This document shows, piece by piece, positions 47,440-58,699 of a stretch of DNA of 64,000 nt. Source of the stretch: Penicillus capitatus. Its lineage: Eukaryota; Plantae; Chlorophyta. The stretch lies in NCBI GenBank assembly GCA_965649825.1, contig OZ287700.1, positions 434,001 to 498,000 of the forward strand. Reading direction: 5' to 3'. The translations under genes were made by a program, and so were the position numbers. The notes beneath the pieces were generated by a model that was not told the DNA's origin, did not search any database, and was given only the letters and a program-made list of their open reading frames with translations. The number at the start of each line of letters is the position of its first letter. Position 1 is the first letter of the stretch.

Positions 47440-48041
47440 GCAGCAGCACATGCAAAGTGACATATAGCCAGTCTCCATCAGCAAATGACAGCAAGTATGA
47501 CCATTAGTACCTCCAGCCATGGCAGACAGTAAGTAGGACGACGACAGCCTCAGAGTACAACGCGGCAAAAAAAGAACCGCGGCACTCTCCGAACATTAGA
47601 GAACTGCAAAATAGCAAGATCGTGAGAGCCTCCATCTGTGAATAACAGTAAATCAGACCGTAAGAGCTAGCCTCCATGCATCATAAAACGGCAGACAGCA
47701 AGTAGTGCGACAGCTTCCAGCTATTGTAGACAGCAAATAGGATGGTAACAGCCTCAGTGCATCAAGAAACAGCAAAACAGTGAACTAAACGAGCACGACA
47801 GCCTCCACTGACACCAAAATAGAAAACAGGACGATGACAGCCTCCAGCAATGGCAGACAGCCTCCAGCCAGTAAGGCAGAGAGTAGGTCAGCGAGAGCCA
47901 TCCGGCAGCAAAGCAGACAATGGGACCACAGCCTCCAGCCAAGGTAAACAGAGAGTAGGACGATGAGTGCCTTCGGACAACAAAGCAGCAAACCAAACGA
48001 CCATGACAGCCTTAAAACAGCAGGATAATAGGTAAGACTAT
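47440..48041. repeat. Degenerate minisatellite (ACAGCCTCCA[G/T]C + CAGCAAA motifs) within repeat R; resumes 52067-52400
   Basis: More than ten GCCTCCA-centred units at ~35-45 bp spacing; same array at 63270-64000. Confidence 0.8.
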
Positions 48042-51000
48042 CGTCGGGCGCGAGCATGCGTGGTACCGTGGTACCCTTGCACTTCGCGAGCAAAGTTGAC
48101 TCAGCTTTTGAGCAGCGCGTCCGAATAGATGCATCTGCCAAAAACGACAACTACAGTGGCTTTACCTGTTGTCCTTTCTGTAAGCCAATGACTCCACAAG
48201 CGATTGCAAGCGCGTGGTGAGTTGTTCGCGTGGGTTGAGCTCCTCCGTCGTCGTCTGTCGAATCGTCCTTTGACCGTGCGGCATCGTTCTTGGTCTCGTT
48301 TGGCAGTCCAGACGAGAGCAAATCCAACTTCAACGCAAGCAGAAGCGCAAAGATATCAAGAACAGCAGCGAAGGTCGACTTAGCCGAATCTACCTTTTTT
48401 GATCGACGAATTTATTATTTGTCAATTACCATAACGCGTCTTCTGAGCGATTTGCCTCAACGTGGCAGTGAGTGTCCTTCATGGACTTTCATTTTTGCGA
48501 TACACGACGCTTGTGACAAATCGAGAATGTCGTCGGCGCCTTGCAATTTTGTGCAAGGTAGCTTAAATGATAGAAACTGGAAATCCAAAGAGCAGTAGGT
48601 CCGCAGAGAGCTCTATTTATGAGCATTTGAGCAAACACATTGTTCTTGCGTCCTCAAGTGTTTGACTTGCTGAGCTGCTCCGCCAGTTCCCAGATCGCGA
48701 GCTTCTTGTCTCCCTGTTGTCGCAGGCGTTCCACTTGACTGACGGCTTCATCAGTAGTCATGTGTCGTTCGAACTCTTCCACCTTGTTAGCAACAATCTG
48801 AATTCTTCTCACGTATGATCTCTGGTCCTTCGTGAGCATCCTTTCTTTAACCGGTCTCGTAGCATCTGACTCCCTGACTGCGTGTAGTCCTCCTTCAAAG
48901 TGAACGCCTTCAATCGTCACCTCACTTCTCCACAAGTGTACGACATCCTTCACTTCCATTTCTAGAAAGAACACAAACTTATAGATAAGTGACCGCAGAA
49001 GGAAACCGTGACCATTGAGCGGGCGAAGTCCTCTCTTCTTGGAGCACCGAGGTCGTATCGTTCTGTTGTTCAGAGGGCACTGTCCAGTTGGATTGGGGGC
49101 CACTGCCGGCTCCGACATTTGCTTTGTCACATGACTCAATAACTGATTTGTTGTCGAGAGCGCTTCACGGATTTGTCCCATCTCGTTCGAATGTATAAGC
49201 GACAAGGTAGCATCATCGCCCAGCGCTCCAACTGTAGGATTTGTTTCTTGAGAGAAGGACTTCACGTATTCAATCCACTTGTTCAGGACTTCTTCGTTTC
49301 GACGAAATAGCTCCGTGGAAAAGATGCGCATGGAAGGATAGTGTTGTTTGTAATAACCGATGTCCTGCCAGAATGTCTCTTTGAGCACGCGAAGAGTTCG
49401 CAAGACTGAAATCGGGGTTCGCTCTTGTCGATGTCTCAGTTCCAGAGCTTTTTTCTCCACCTCTGGGTCATCTACAGAGCTCAAGAATGCGTCAAATAAC
49501 GCCTCGCTTCCAGGATTTGTGGCAACGAAGTCACGGACACGTGCCAGAGAACGAGGCATCCAGAACGAACCCATGTTCCGGTAACCTGCCAAACGGGCGA
49601 CGAGATCTGCCTCATAGACGAAGAAGTAGTGGCATCTGTTAACATCCACCGACCATAGCCCCAGCTGGGTGATTTCGTCATCACTCAGGTTGCACATTTT
49701 TCCTGCATTCACCCACGAGTTACAATGGATTGAAGGGATACACTTTGTAAACAGTCGATTTGGGCCTTACCGATGTAAGTTCCGAGTTGTCGAGGCATGT
49801 GATTGACCAGCCCACTGACTCCCGTATCTGTGGTTTGCCCGAGTTCCAATCTTTCTTCCCGCAATGCACTAGCACTGGGCGGCGTCGTCCGGTTCTTTCT
49901 AGACCGCATCATCATAATATCATACCTGTCAATGACCACATCATTATTTGTTTTTGTTCTTGTGAACTCACCAATCTTTCGGCTCGGACAAAACATCAAC
50001 CTCCTCCTCGCCATCCATGAAAAAACGCTCAAACAGCCACATGGCCATTGATGACTGGGGACAAATAGAAGGACATGATCTTCGAACGATCAACTTTTTC
50101 TGCGGCTTCTTAGTCTTGGATGCGTTAGATCTTGATGTTTTGTAACGGAACTGCAGAAAATAGATAGGCGTCATCGCCATCCTCAATCCCGGGTTAGCCT
50201 CCGTGGTGAATGTATTCGAGAAGAGGTCGCAAAACTTCCATCGGGCAAGCTCATCAAACCTGCTTATACTCCAGAGCTGTGATAAAAGAAGACACCTGAG
50301 TCGATGGCTGCTCCAATTATCTCGTCGCAAGAGTAGATCAGATTGACGCTTGATAATCGAAAACGGGTCATCGATGAAGATGTCTCTTTGCCGGTCCGTG
50401 TATGACCTAAAGAATAACACCTGCAAGATGCATACTTCAAATGCAAAGCTCACTTCTCCCTGTTGTCGATTTCGCTATTTGCCACATTCTGTAGCCACGT
50501 GGCAATCAAAGGAAAATCTCGCAGACCGGGAGTAGACGGCTTTCCAAGAAGCAATCTTTGCTTCTTGAATAAGTCAGCTATGGCGCTGACAAACTTAGTA
50601 GCGTTTGCAGAAGTGAAACGTTGACTGCCTCTTGAAGGAGCATACTCAGCAATGCCATTGACAAAGCTGTAAAAGGAGGGTTCTCCACCGGTAAGGCACG
50701 TCTCCTAAAGAATCCTCGTCTGCGAAGAGCAACTGGAGAGGACATGCCTGGTCGAGGGCCGCTTGGAAGAACTCGTGTGCTCGAGTCTCCGTGACGAGAA
50801 TCATCGAAGAGTCCGACCAAATCGAGGGATCCTTGTGGTGAGTGAAAAGCTACAGAACCCACAGCGCTCTCACTCATTAGTGTGATGATCACACTTACCA
50901 GAAAGAGGTTCTGGACAGTCACCCATTGTTTGAAAGTCGACGAACGGTTCTCCACGTCCTTGACAATCTCATTCTTCCGCATATGAACGTCCGAAGACAT

Positions 51001-52066
51001 CTCCGCGTCGGGAGATATGCCTAGCGCAGTCAATGGATCCTTCTTGAACATCGCAACTATGCTTTCTGTTTTCTTCGCGCGAGGTCCGTTCTCCTCAGCA
51101 ACAGCTGTGCACGTGTGTCAATGAGGCTATAGGGGAGAGAGGCGCTTGCTTGTTGGCGTGAAGTCCATAGCGACATCGGTGTCATGTGTTCTTTGTTTGG
51201 CGGCGGCGAGTTCTTCAAGCTCAGAGACGGCACTCTCGAACGTTGTGCGCAAAAAGGGATCGAAAAACCCCGAGCATCTTCCATAGATTTGCTTCAAGTG
51301 CCGCACACCATTCATGATCGCACGCTCGTCACCATGAACACCAAAGACGTCGGCAACAAATGTGTCCCAGTCGAAAGACGAGTCTCTCTGTGCAATGTGA
51401 AGAGTTACGTAGCACCTAAGCACAAAACAGTCTGTATCCTAGTGTGAAATAATCGACAGACATCACCGAACATAGTTCACGTGTCGCTTGATCTTTGGCG
51501 CCAGCGAGATCTGTTTTCTGTAATGCTTCTCCTGGAGTTTGGACTTACAGTTGACAGATTCCTTGACCATGCCTTCGCGACTCATGATTTCCTCGAGTGC
51601 TGCTCCGCATACAATTGGTGTAGAAGTGCACAGACAACAGATGCCAGTTTTACCTGATTTGCTCGTTCCATAAGAAGTCAGGAAGGCAGTAACTTCGCAG
51701 TCTTTTATCCATACATACCTAGAATCGATAGCAGAGTTAGAAAACGAAACATTCGCTGTCCAGAACGGCTGAGTGACGGGCACAACAATCTCAGACATCG
51801 AATAACCCTTCGTTCTTTGGAGAAGGCAACTTAAAATGTCTAAGTCGGATTATCTTGTTTTGCAAAGCCAGATATCTCAGTTCCTTGACTGTGGTGTACG
51901 TGGTACCATTTACGAGACCCGTCATTAAAAGTACCACGGCAGATATTTGCAGTACCACGGCAGATATTTGCAGTACCACGGTGGTACCACGGCGCTCGTG
52001 AGCAATTTGCGTAAAGTACGTGACAGCTCGTACGACAACTCGCGCAAGTGGATATAGTCTGAATAT
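48042..52066 (-). mobile_element. Crypton-type (tyrosine recombinase) DNA transposon, ~4.0 kb
   Basis: Encodes a YR protein; removing 48042-52066 restores GGTAAGACTATAAAGCCTCC, matching the uninterrupted host motif GGTAAGACCATACAGCCTCC at ~63610; TAT lies at both junctions. Confidence 0.8.
48654..51798 (-). CDS. Crypton tyrosine recombinase (NDC10-II-like catalytic region plus GCR1_C-like C-terminus), multi-exon
   Basis: LVTETRAHEFF, FVSAIADLFKKQ, SISRFDE (R), YKT, RRSCPSICPQSSMAMWLFERF, NHMPR (HxxR), LGLW, CHY, RLAGY; C-terminal VVHLW...YVRRIQIV...EAVSQVERLRQ; 5' exons uncertain. Confidence 0.8.
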
Positions 52067-52584
52067 AAAGCCTCCAGCCAGGGTGGACATCGAGTAGGAC
52101 CACAAAGCCTCCATCCAGTCACAACAGAGCGCAAGTAAGACGACACAGCCTCCAGCCAGGGTAGACAGCAAATCAGAACATAGCAGCCACCATACCCAGC
52201 AAAACAGGAAGTAGGACATGAGTGCCTCCATCAGCAAGTAACAGCAAACCGTACCGTGAGAGCCTCCATGCATCAAAAAATGCCAAGACAGCAAACTAAA
52301 CGAACATGACAGCCTCCACTACTCAGACCATGACAGTCTCCATCCACAGCAAAACAGCAGGTAAGACACTAAGCGACCTCCATCCACAGCAGACAGCAAA
52401 AACCCCACCAAAGTCTCACATCCAAAAAAATACACAAGCCAACCACAACAAATCGAAGGTGGAATGGCAGAAAACAAGACAAGAAAGAAAACAGCCCCGG
52501 GAATTGTTTTTGTTTTTTAATTTTTTGCAGAAAATCTCACACAAAAAGGTGTGAGATGTGTAGAATATAAAAATTTTTGTCCCT

Positions 52585-53690
52585 TTAAAGATTTTTTCCA
52601 GCCCCCCGAAATAAAACAGCTTCCAAAACAGGTCGAAAGATGAGGCCCTCTTGAGCTAATCCCGAATGGGAACCTACACAAAAAGCAACATAAGAAGAGA
52701 TTAAGAAAAGAGAGTGACTTACACATTCCCCGGAGAGGAAGAAGAGGCGCTCCGGGATGGCGCTGTGAGACACGGGCACACACTCGCCAGACATGAAGTA
52801 TGGACGGGGAGGAATTCCGAGTGGGCCGACAGAGAAAATGAAGGGCCGTAGGGGGATGACTGGGGGGCTGGTGAGAGAGAAAAGGGAGGTGCGTTTCGGA
52901 AAGGCCGGAGGATGGTAGGGAAGGGAGTACAGCAAAGGACGGGGCGGGATGAGGGGTGGAGGTGTTGCGGGGATGCAAAAGACACGGGGACGAGGTGGAA
53001 AGAGAGGAGAAGGCTGGATGTTTTGCAGGGAAGGAGGCGAAAGTGAGGGCTGGGGAGGTGAGGGGGTCCACTGCATTGTCGGAAAGGATGGAGGACACGA
53101 CGGAGGCTGGGACGGTGGAGCTGAGAAATGCGGCTGGGGCGGTGAAGCAGTCCACTGCATGGTCGGCGAGGATGGAGCGGACGACAGATGCTGAGACGTT
53201 GGATCAGAGGAAGGAGGCTGGGAGGACGCTGGCTGGAACGGTGGAGGCTGAGAGCACGGCTGCTGGCTGGGTGGCTGCGATGCAATGGGCGGGGGACATG
53301 GCTGCGGCGAGGACGAAGGCGGATTGCACGGAACGGGTTGTTGTTGTGCCTACGAAAGACAAACCTGTTACGTGATCCTGGATGGAAAGAGGTTTGCTTA
53401 CCTCTCCGCCCCCGTTGCCTGTGGCAGACTGGCCCTCTTGGGCCAGTCGTTCTCTCCTCTCTTGAGAGGAGAGAACTCTCGCGCGCCGTGCCTGCCGAGG
53501 CTGTTCGGTTTGGCCCCTATTGGGGCCAAATCGAACAGGAGGGGCCTGCTGCTGTAGCAGCTCGGTGCCCCTCTGAGCAGTTGTCTGGGCCTTTAAGACC
53601 CAGAACAACCGCTCACGCTCGGCCTCCTCCATGTTTCGGAAAGCCCTGGGTGGCCGATTGCCCAGGACTTCCTGCAGCGTTACCTGTGCA
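52585..53690 (-). CDS. Pro/Gln/Ser-rich hypothetical protein (spliced; may belong to repeat R)
   Basis: Open frame QQQPVPCNPPSSPQP...MQWTASPPQP...MQWTPSPPQP with an upstream GTAAG...TAG intron; no family motif. Confidence 0.35.
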
Positions 53691-54962
53691 AATCTAGGAG
53701 AACACACAGAAGAGTCAGCTACAGAGCAGCATAAAGACCAGCGCCAGACAAGACAGTTAAAAGATGCTAAAGACAAAAAACAAGAAAAAGGAGATGCGTC
53801 CAGGAAAGCAGGACGACAGTTGCGTTCCCGGGAGAACGCAAGCGCGAACGAAAGAGTCACAGCCGGACGCATGCATGTGCATGCAAAATCGTCCACGCTG
53901 CAGACGCAACAAGCTCCGTGGCGCGTAGAGTGTCGTCGCATGGCTGCAGGACTTACGGCTTTCCCGGATAGCCGTAGTCGTCCTCGGTCATCATGTGAGC
54001 GTCCGCCATCTCGTCGCCAGTAGCTCGCAGCAAAGAAGAACTCGGAAACTCGAGTGCGAAGGGGTCAGCGACGGGACCTTTATAGGCCGCCTCGGTTGCT
54101 GTCCCGCGGACGGCGAGCGGAGGATCGGAACAGTGACAGTTTGGCGGCGCCTGCATGCGCCGTCGGACAGAGAAGCGGCCGCCATAGGGCCAGAAAGTGA
54201 GCATCTTGTCGTCGGGGCGCGCGACGCGAACGGGAGAGCGTTTGTGGAAGCTCGGAAGAGTGCTTTACAGGCGAAGTGTTTTACAGAATTCCCGCTGTGC
54301 TGTTCTCTAAGTGTAACCTGAGACGCTTCTTCTGCAGCCGTTGCAACGCGACCTCAGAACGACGAACCGTTCGAGCCAGCTCGGCGCTGCCCGGGCAGAA
54401 CGAAGAGGCAGGCGTTCTCTCTGGCAAAAGCGGCAAGGACTCTGCGTCGAGGCGGCCGCCTGTTTCGGACGCCTTCGTCGCTCGCCCCGTCGGTAGGCTG
54501 TTCTGCGACGGTGTAACGCGAACCGGTTGCAGGAGTTGTCCATGGCGCTAACTCCCTCGAACATGGAAGGCGGCACAGAACGGTCGACCTTCTGCGACAA
54601 CCAGACGGCCCTGAAACCGCGGTTTCAGTTCGCGTTCGCGCACTGTGCCGGTGTTTCGGAACTCGCCGTTCGCTCAGGCCAGTGAAAGTCGGTCGCGTTT
54701 CACGTAGCAGTGGATAACTGACGCTCTGTCTGCGAAGACATTGACGACTTGCCTTCGCTCAAAACCGCGGAGGAGGAGCGGAGTATAGGAGTTCGCGCGA
54801 CGAGAGAACCGGGCCTTTCTACGGTGCTACGGCAAGGCAAGAGCGTCGAATACAAGCCGAACGACCGCGTGAACGATCCCGATCAGCCGAAGACTACAGC
54901 TGGAGCGGCCTGATGTCTTTCTTCGGCCGAAAGGAAGTGTACGGCAACGCCAGAGAGGACGC

Positions 54963-56612
54963 ATGAAGTGTGTTGTCGTCGGCAGTCGGCGTTGCAGTTC
55001 TCGGAGAGGCGGCCGTCGTGAGATGGCACTTCGCAGCGGGTCAATGATCTTCGACGAAGGCTTTCTGTGGAGTCTCTACCCCTTGTACCAGGACGAAGCT
55101 CTGTCTCGGGAGAAACCAACGGACGCTCAGGTCCACCCCATCGAAATCCGCTGACCCCTGCAGGTGCACACCGCCGACCAGAGGCACTGGTTGTGGTCTG
55201 CTTTCCGCTGATGCGTCGATTGATGTTGGCAACGAAACTCGCGGAGGAACACTCTCCGGCGTTCTCACACGTCCTTTCCGGTTGCGGACGCTATCGTCTT
55301 GACGAGTGAGGATGCGTCGTCAGGCGACGAACACCGCTGTCGCCAGAGGCGCGTTTCTCAGCAAGCACGGCGACTGTAGGCTGGATTCGATGCAGGTCGC
55401 GGCAGAGGGATTCTGGGCTCTTCGCCCTTATGTGATGGCATAGCGTTGTGTAATGTTGTGTTGTGTCTTTGCGGAACAGCGAAGGATTCTGTTAAAAAAC
55501 ACATCCATCCATGGCCATGAACGTGCAGCGCGGCTGGAAGAGAGCTCTGGCACATCTGGTAGCTTCTCTGACGGCGAGTCCCGACGTCGGTATCATATGG
55601 AAAGTCCGAGAAGAGAGAGCAACGATGGCGCGCACGACCATCTCGTGATTGGATTCTCGAAGGCAGCTGACGTGATCGCAGAGGCACACGACGTGTTTTA
55701 CCTGGACGCCCTGAGGAAGGACGAAGTCAATGAACCCCCAACAAGCGACGAGGACTCCGAAGCGTCGGAAGATTCGGTCTTCGACGCTCGATGTTCAGAG
55801 GAACATCTCAGTCCGGCGGCTTTCCTCGGACTGCATCAGGACTAAGGACAGCGGAGATAAGCGGCACGCCACGATGGCTCTGCCAACGAGCCCAGTCCTT
55901 TCCCTGTATTCTGCTCCGACGTCCCTGTTGGTCACCCGGCTGACCTAGAGGACGCGTCGCTCCGCATCCTCCTTCGCGTACAGCACATTCTCTGGAGGAA
56001 CTGGTGCGTGATTCGCCGGAGACAGCACGAGACGACGACGCAGCCGCGAGCGACGGAAGTCATTCGAAGGACTCCGCAGACGTCGATGATCTGTCGAAGA
56101 ACGACAGCGTCGAGAGGCGTCTCGGATGGTGGAGATCTCTGATGTCAGAAAACCCCGCCGTCAAAGGAGGGTGAACGAGAGTCGACCAAAGGCATCTGCT
56201 GTCATACACTGCCCCCTTCGATAACGCGTGTTACTAGATCCGTTTCGCTCTTGTCTCAGGGCAACAGGATCTGCAGACTGCAAGTACGTTTTTCGATGGG
56301 TTCTGGCCGGTCGTCGCTATCCGAGGTGTCGAGAGATCCTTGGGTCGCAGAAGCTGTGCTGACGATCCGCATGTCTCCCGACCCACGGGTGGTAGAGGAC
56401 GCATTCGATCTGGATTCTCCCTGGCTCCTGTACGGCAGCTGAACACGCATCGATCCATATCTGTCCGTCTCAGAGGCACGCGCCTTCGAGATCAGAACCT
56501 GCTCGCCTACATCGACTTTGGGTTCCCGAGGAATGCAGATGTCGACCCGACGGATCCTGTAATAAGTTCACAGGGGGAGTCTGATCTGCGCGTAGAATTG
56601 GAAGACACGTGA
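54963..56612 (+). CDS. Hypothetical multi-exon protein
   Basis: Chain of same-strand ORFs (54963, 55067, 55453, 56340) separated by intron-sized gaps; no recognised motif. Confidence 0.3.
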
Positions 56613-56919
56613 TCACTCCAATTGCCCACACGCCAATCTCACCTCGCAGCCGGTACTAATTCCTGTGTGCTGCCACCACGTGCACCTTGTTTACAGGCCG
56701 AAAGCGGCACGGACCATTGAAAGGCGGCCTCTCTTCTATTTACCACCTCGAGGTGGTGACATGCTTCCGCTGCTGGGTGATCCACGGCGTGCACAAACGA
56801 CGAACGCTCTGCAATACGGTGAGCGTCGAGATCGATGAGTATACGTCTGCAAAGTCAGCAGCGTTTTAATGCGTGTTCGTCACATGCGGTGTACCACGCC
56901 ATGCCACAAAGCGGGCACG

Positions 56920-57279
56920 CTATTCGCTCGTCTTGCTCTTCGGCTGAGGGCCCAGGGAAAGGGACCAGACGTAGAACAGAGACATCGCTCCGCAGAGGAT
57001 TGCGAACACCCCAGCTGGAAACACCTTCCTGTTTCTCTGGAAGCGTGAAGCCATGAACACGGTCAGCGCAACCGAGACCACCAGTGAGATGAATGTTCCC
57101 GTCTTCCACAGCTTCCCGGCACGGTAGTAGCGCAGACTGATATGCGCGAGAAGAAAGAGAACGGCACCAGAGCCGACACCGCCTTTGAGCGAGCCGGTGC
57201 TGCCCTTAGTCACGTAGCCGAACAATCCGCCCAGTGCCATCAGCACCGCGTAGGGATACGTGAAACAGAAGTCATACAT
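56920..57279 (-). CDS. TMEM14/FAX family small membrane protein
   Basis: MYDFCFTYPYAVLMALGGLFGYVTKGSTGSLKGG, four TM segments, KVFPAG. Confidence 0.9.
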   Translation of the reverse strand: MYDFCFTYPYAVLMALGGLFGYVTKGSTGSLKGGVGSGAVLFLLAHISLRYYRAGKLWKTGTFISLVVSVALTVFMASRFQRNRKVFPAGVFAILCGAMSLFYVWSLSLGPQPKSKTSE

Positions 57280-58699
57280 CCTTTGGCACTTGGACACCGA
57301 ATACACACTGCCTTCCTTTAATGGCGCATGTCTCAAGATTGAACCGATCGTCGAGGTTGTCGTCGGGCAGGAATGTCGGTACACCCTCGAGACTCCGTCG
57401 AAGGGTCGCCCCAATCAGACGTTCGATGCGAGTTCTCCGACTGTCCCCGAACGGCAATCGGGAGAGAAGCAAACGGGGAATGCTGTTGCCGACACCGATA
57501 CGCTGCACTCATTAACGAAGAAGACGGGGGACTGCTTATTCCGAGGCGTTTCGTCATTGACCTCCGCTTTCGGAGTGGAGACTGGCACCATCTTGCGCAG
57601 CGGCGACCTTGGAAATCTCGTGCCGTGTGCCATGATGCGGTTCGCGAACAGGGGCACCTGCCTGCGTCGGCAGCCTGATTTGGGTTCGTGATCTGGTCGA
57701 CCAGATCATCCGCCGTCCATGTCCGGTGCCGCATCGACCCGGTCCAACTGTCAGAATCTCCGTGCGCGCGTCTTAGAGTTCAGCGAGGAGTCGAGCACGA
57801 ATGAGTCTAAGGATCGCCTCAATGCTACTGCTGAAGTTACACGGTTGCACTCGGTCAGCATCTCAGCTGTCCGCGTTCATCAAAGCGGGAAGAGGTTCAG
57901 GCGAATGCGTTACCGCGAATGCTCTCCGTCAAACGATTTCTTAGTTGATGCGACCGTCTCTCTTTGCGTGTCGTTTTACGCCTCGTTCCGACGATCTTGT
58001 CGAAATCGAAGAACGCGCGCGGACACACATCGACCTCGCTGTCGTGTCAGGAAAAGCTAAACGCCGAGCGATTTCCCAGGCCTCGTAAGAGAGGTCCGTC
58101 GAACGCGAGCAACGCGGACAGGCGAAAGGCGGATCTTCCAGATCAGGGGACGTTTTAAACGTGGGGCAGCAGATGTCGTTAGATGCACCGACTGTTTAAC
58201 CATCCGGCAGTCGACGCCAACTGAGCCGTCGAACAGGCTTTCCTGGAGGCTCGGCGCTCGATGGCTGCTCTCGACTGTGTCCTCTCCAGAGTTCGCACTG
58301 TTCTTGCCTCTGTGCGTCTCTTGTCAAAGTTTTTTTGCGTTCCTCTGTTGCGCTTTGCTTGAACTGCGTAGCCGCCAAGGCGATGGATCGAAAAAGGCAC
58401 ACTTAGTGATGCCGATGCGCATACTCTTCTTTGTTCTGGACATCAACACGAACTGTAATGCACCCCGATCACGGTGGAAGGAGTCCACGCTGAATCACGG
58501 ACGATGCACAGCGGTGCAGACAGTTTCGCCGAAAGATCGTTCTTTTGGCGCTCCTCTCTTCGGTGTCGTTGCCGGTTGTCGACGACAAGCAGCGACTCTG
58601 TTTTGCCACGGGCGAACGTGCCGTCACCCTTACTGAGCGACATCCGAACTGCGATGTTTCGAATCGATTGACGAGCCAAAGAGGTGAGGTGTGACCGCT

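Larger units (their letters stand above)
43520..52450. repeat. Dispersed repeat R, copy 1 (unclassified, probably a decayed mobile element), interrupted by the Crypton
   Basis: Collinear homology with 58700-64000 (e.g. GGCGGGACAAGATTCACC at ~43790 and ~58930; 44020-45050 vs 59160-60190; 46900-47500 vs 62700-63260); broken reading frames. Confidence 0.85.

Noticed and set aside
54611-54628. Perfect 18-bp palindrome CTGAAACCGCGGTTTCAG
   Set aside because: Single occurrence with no supporting context; plausible by chance in 64 kb.
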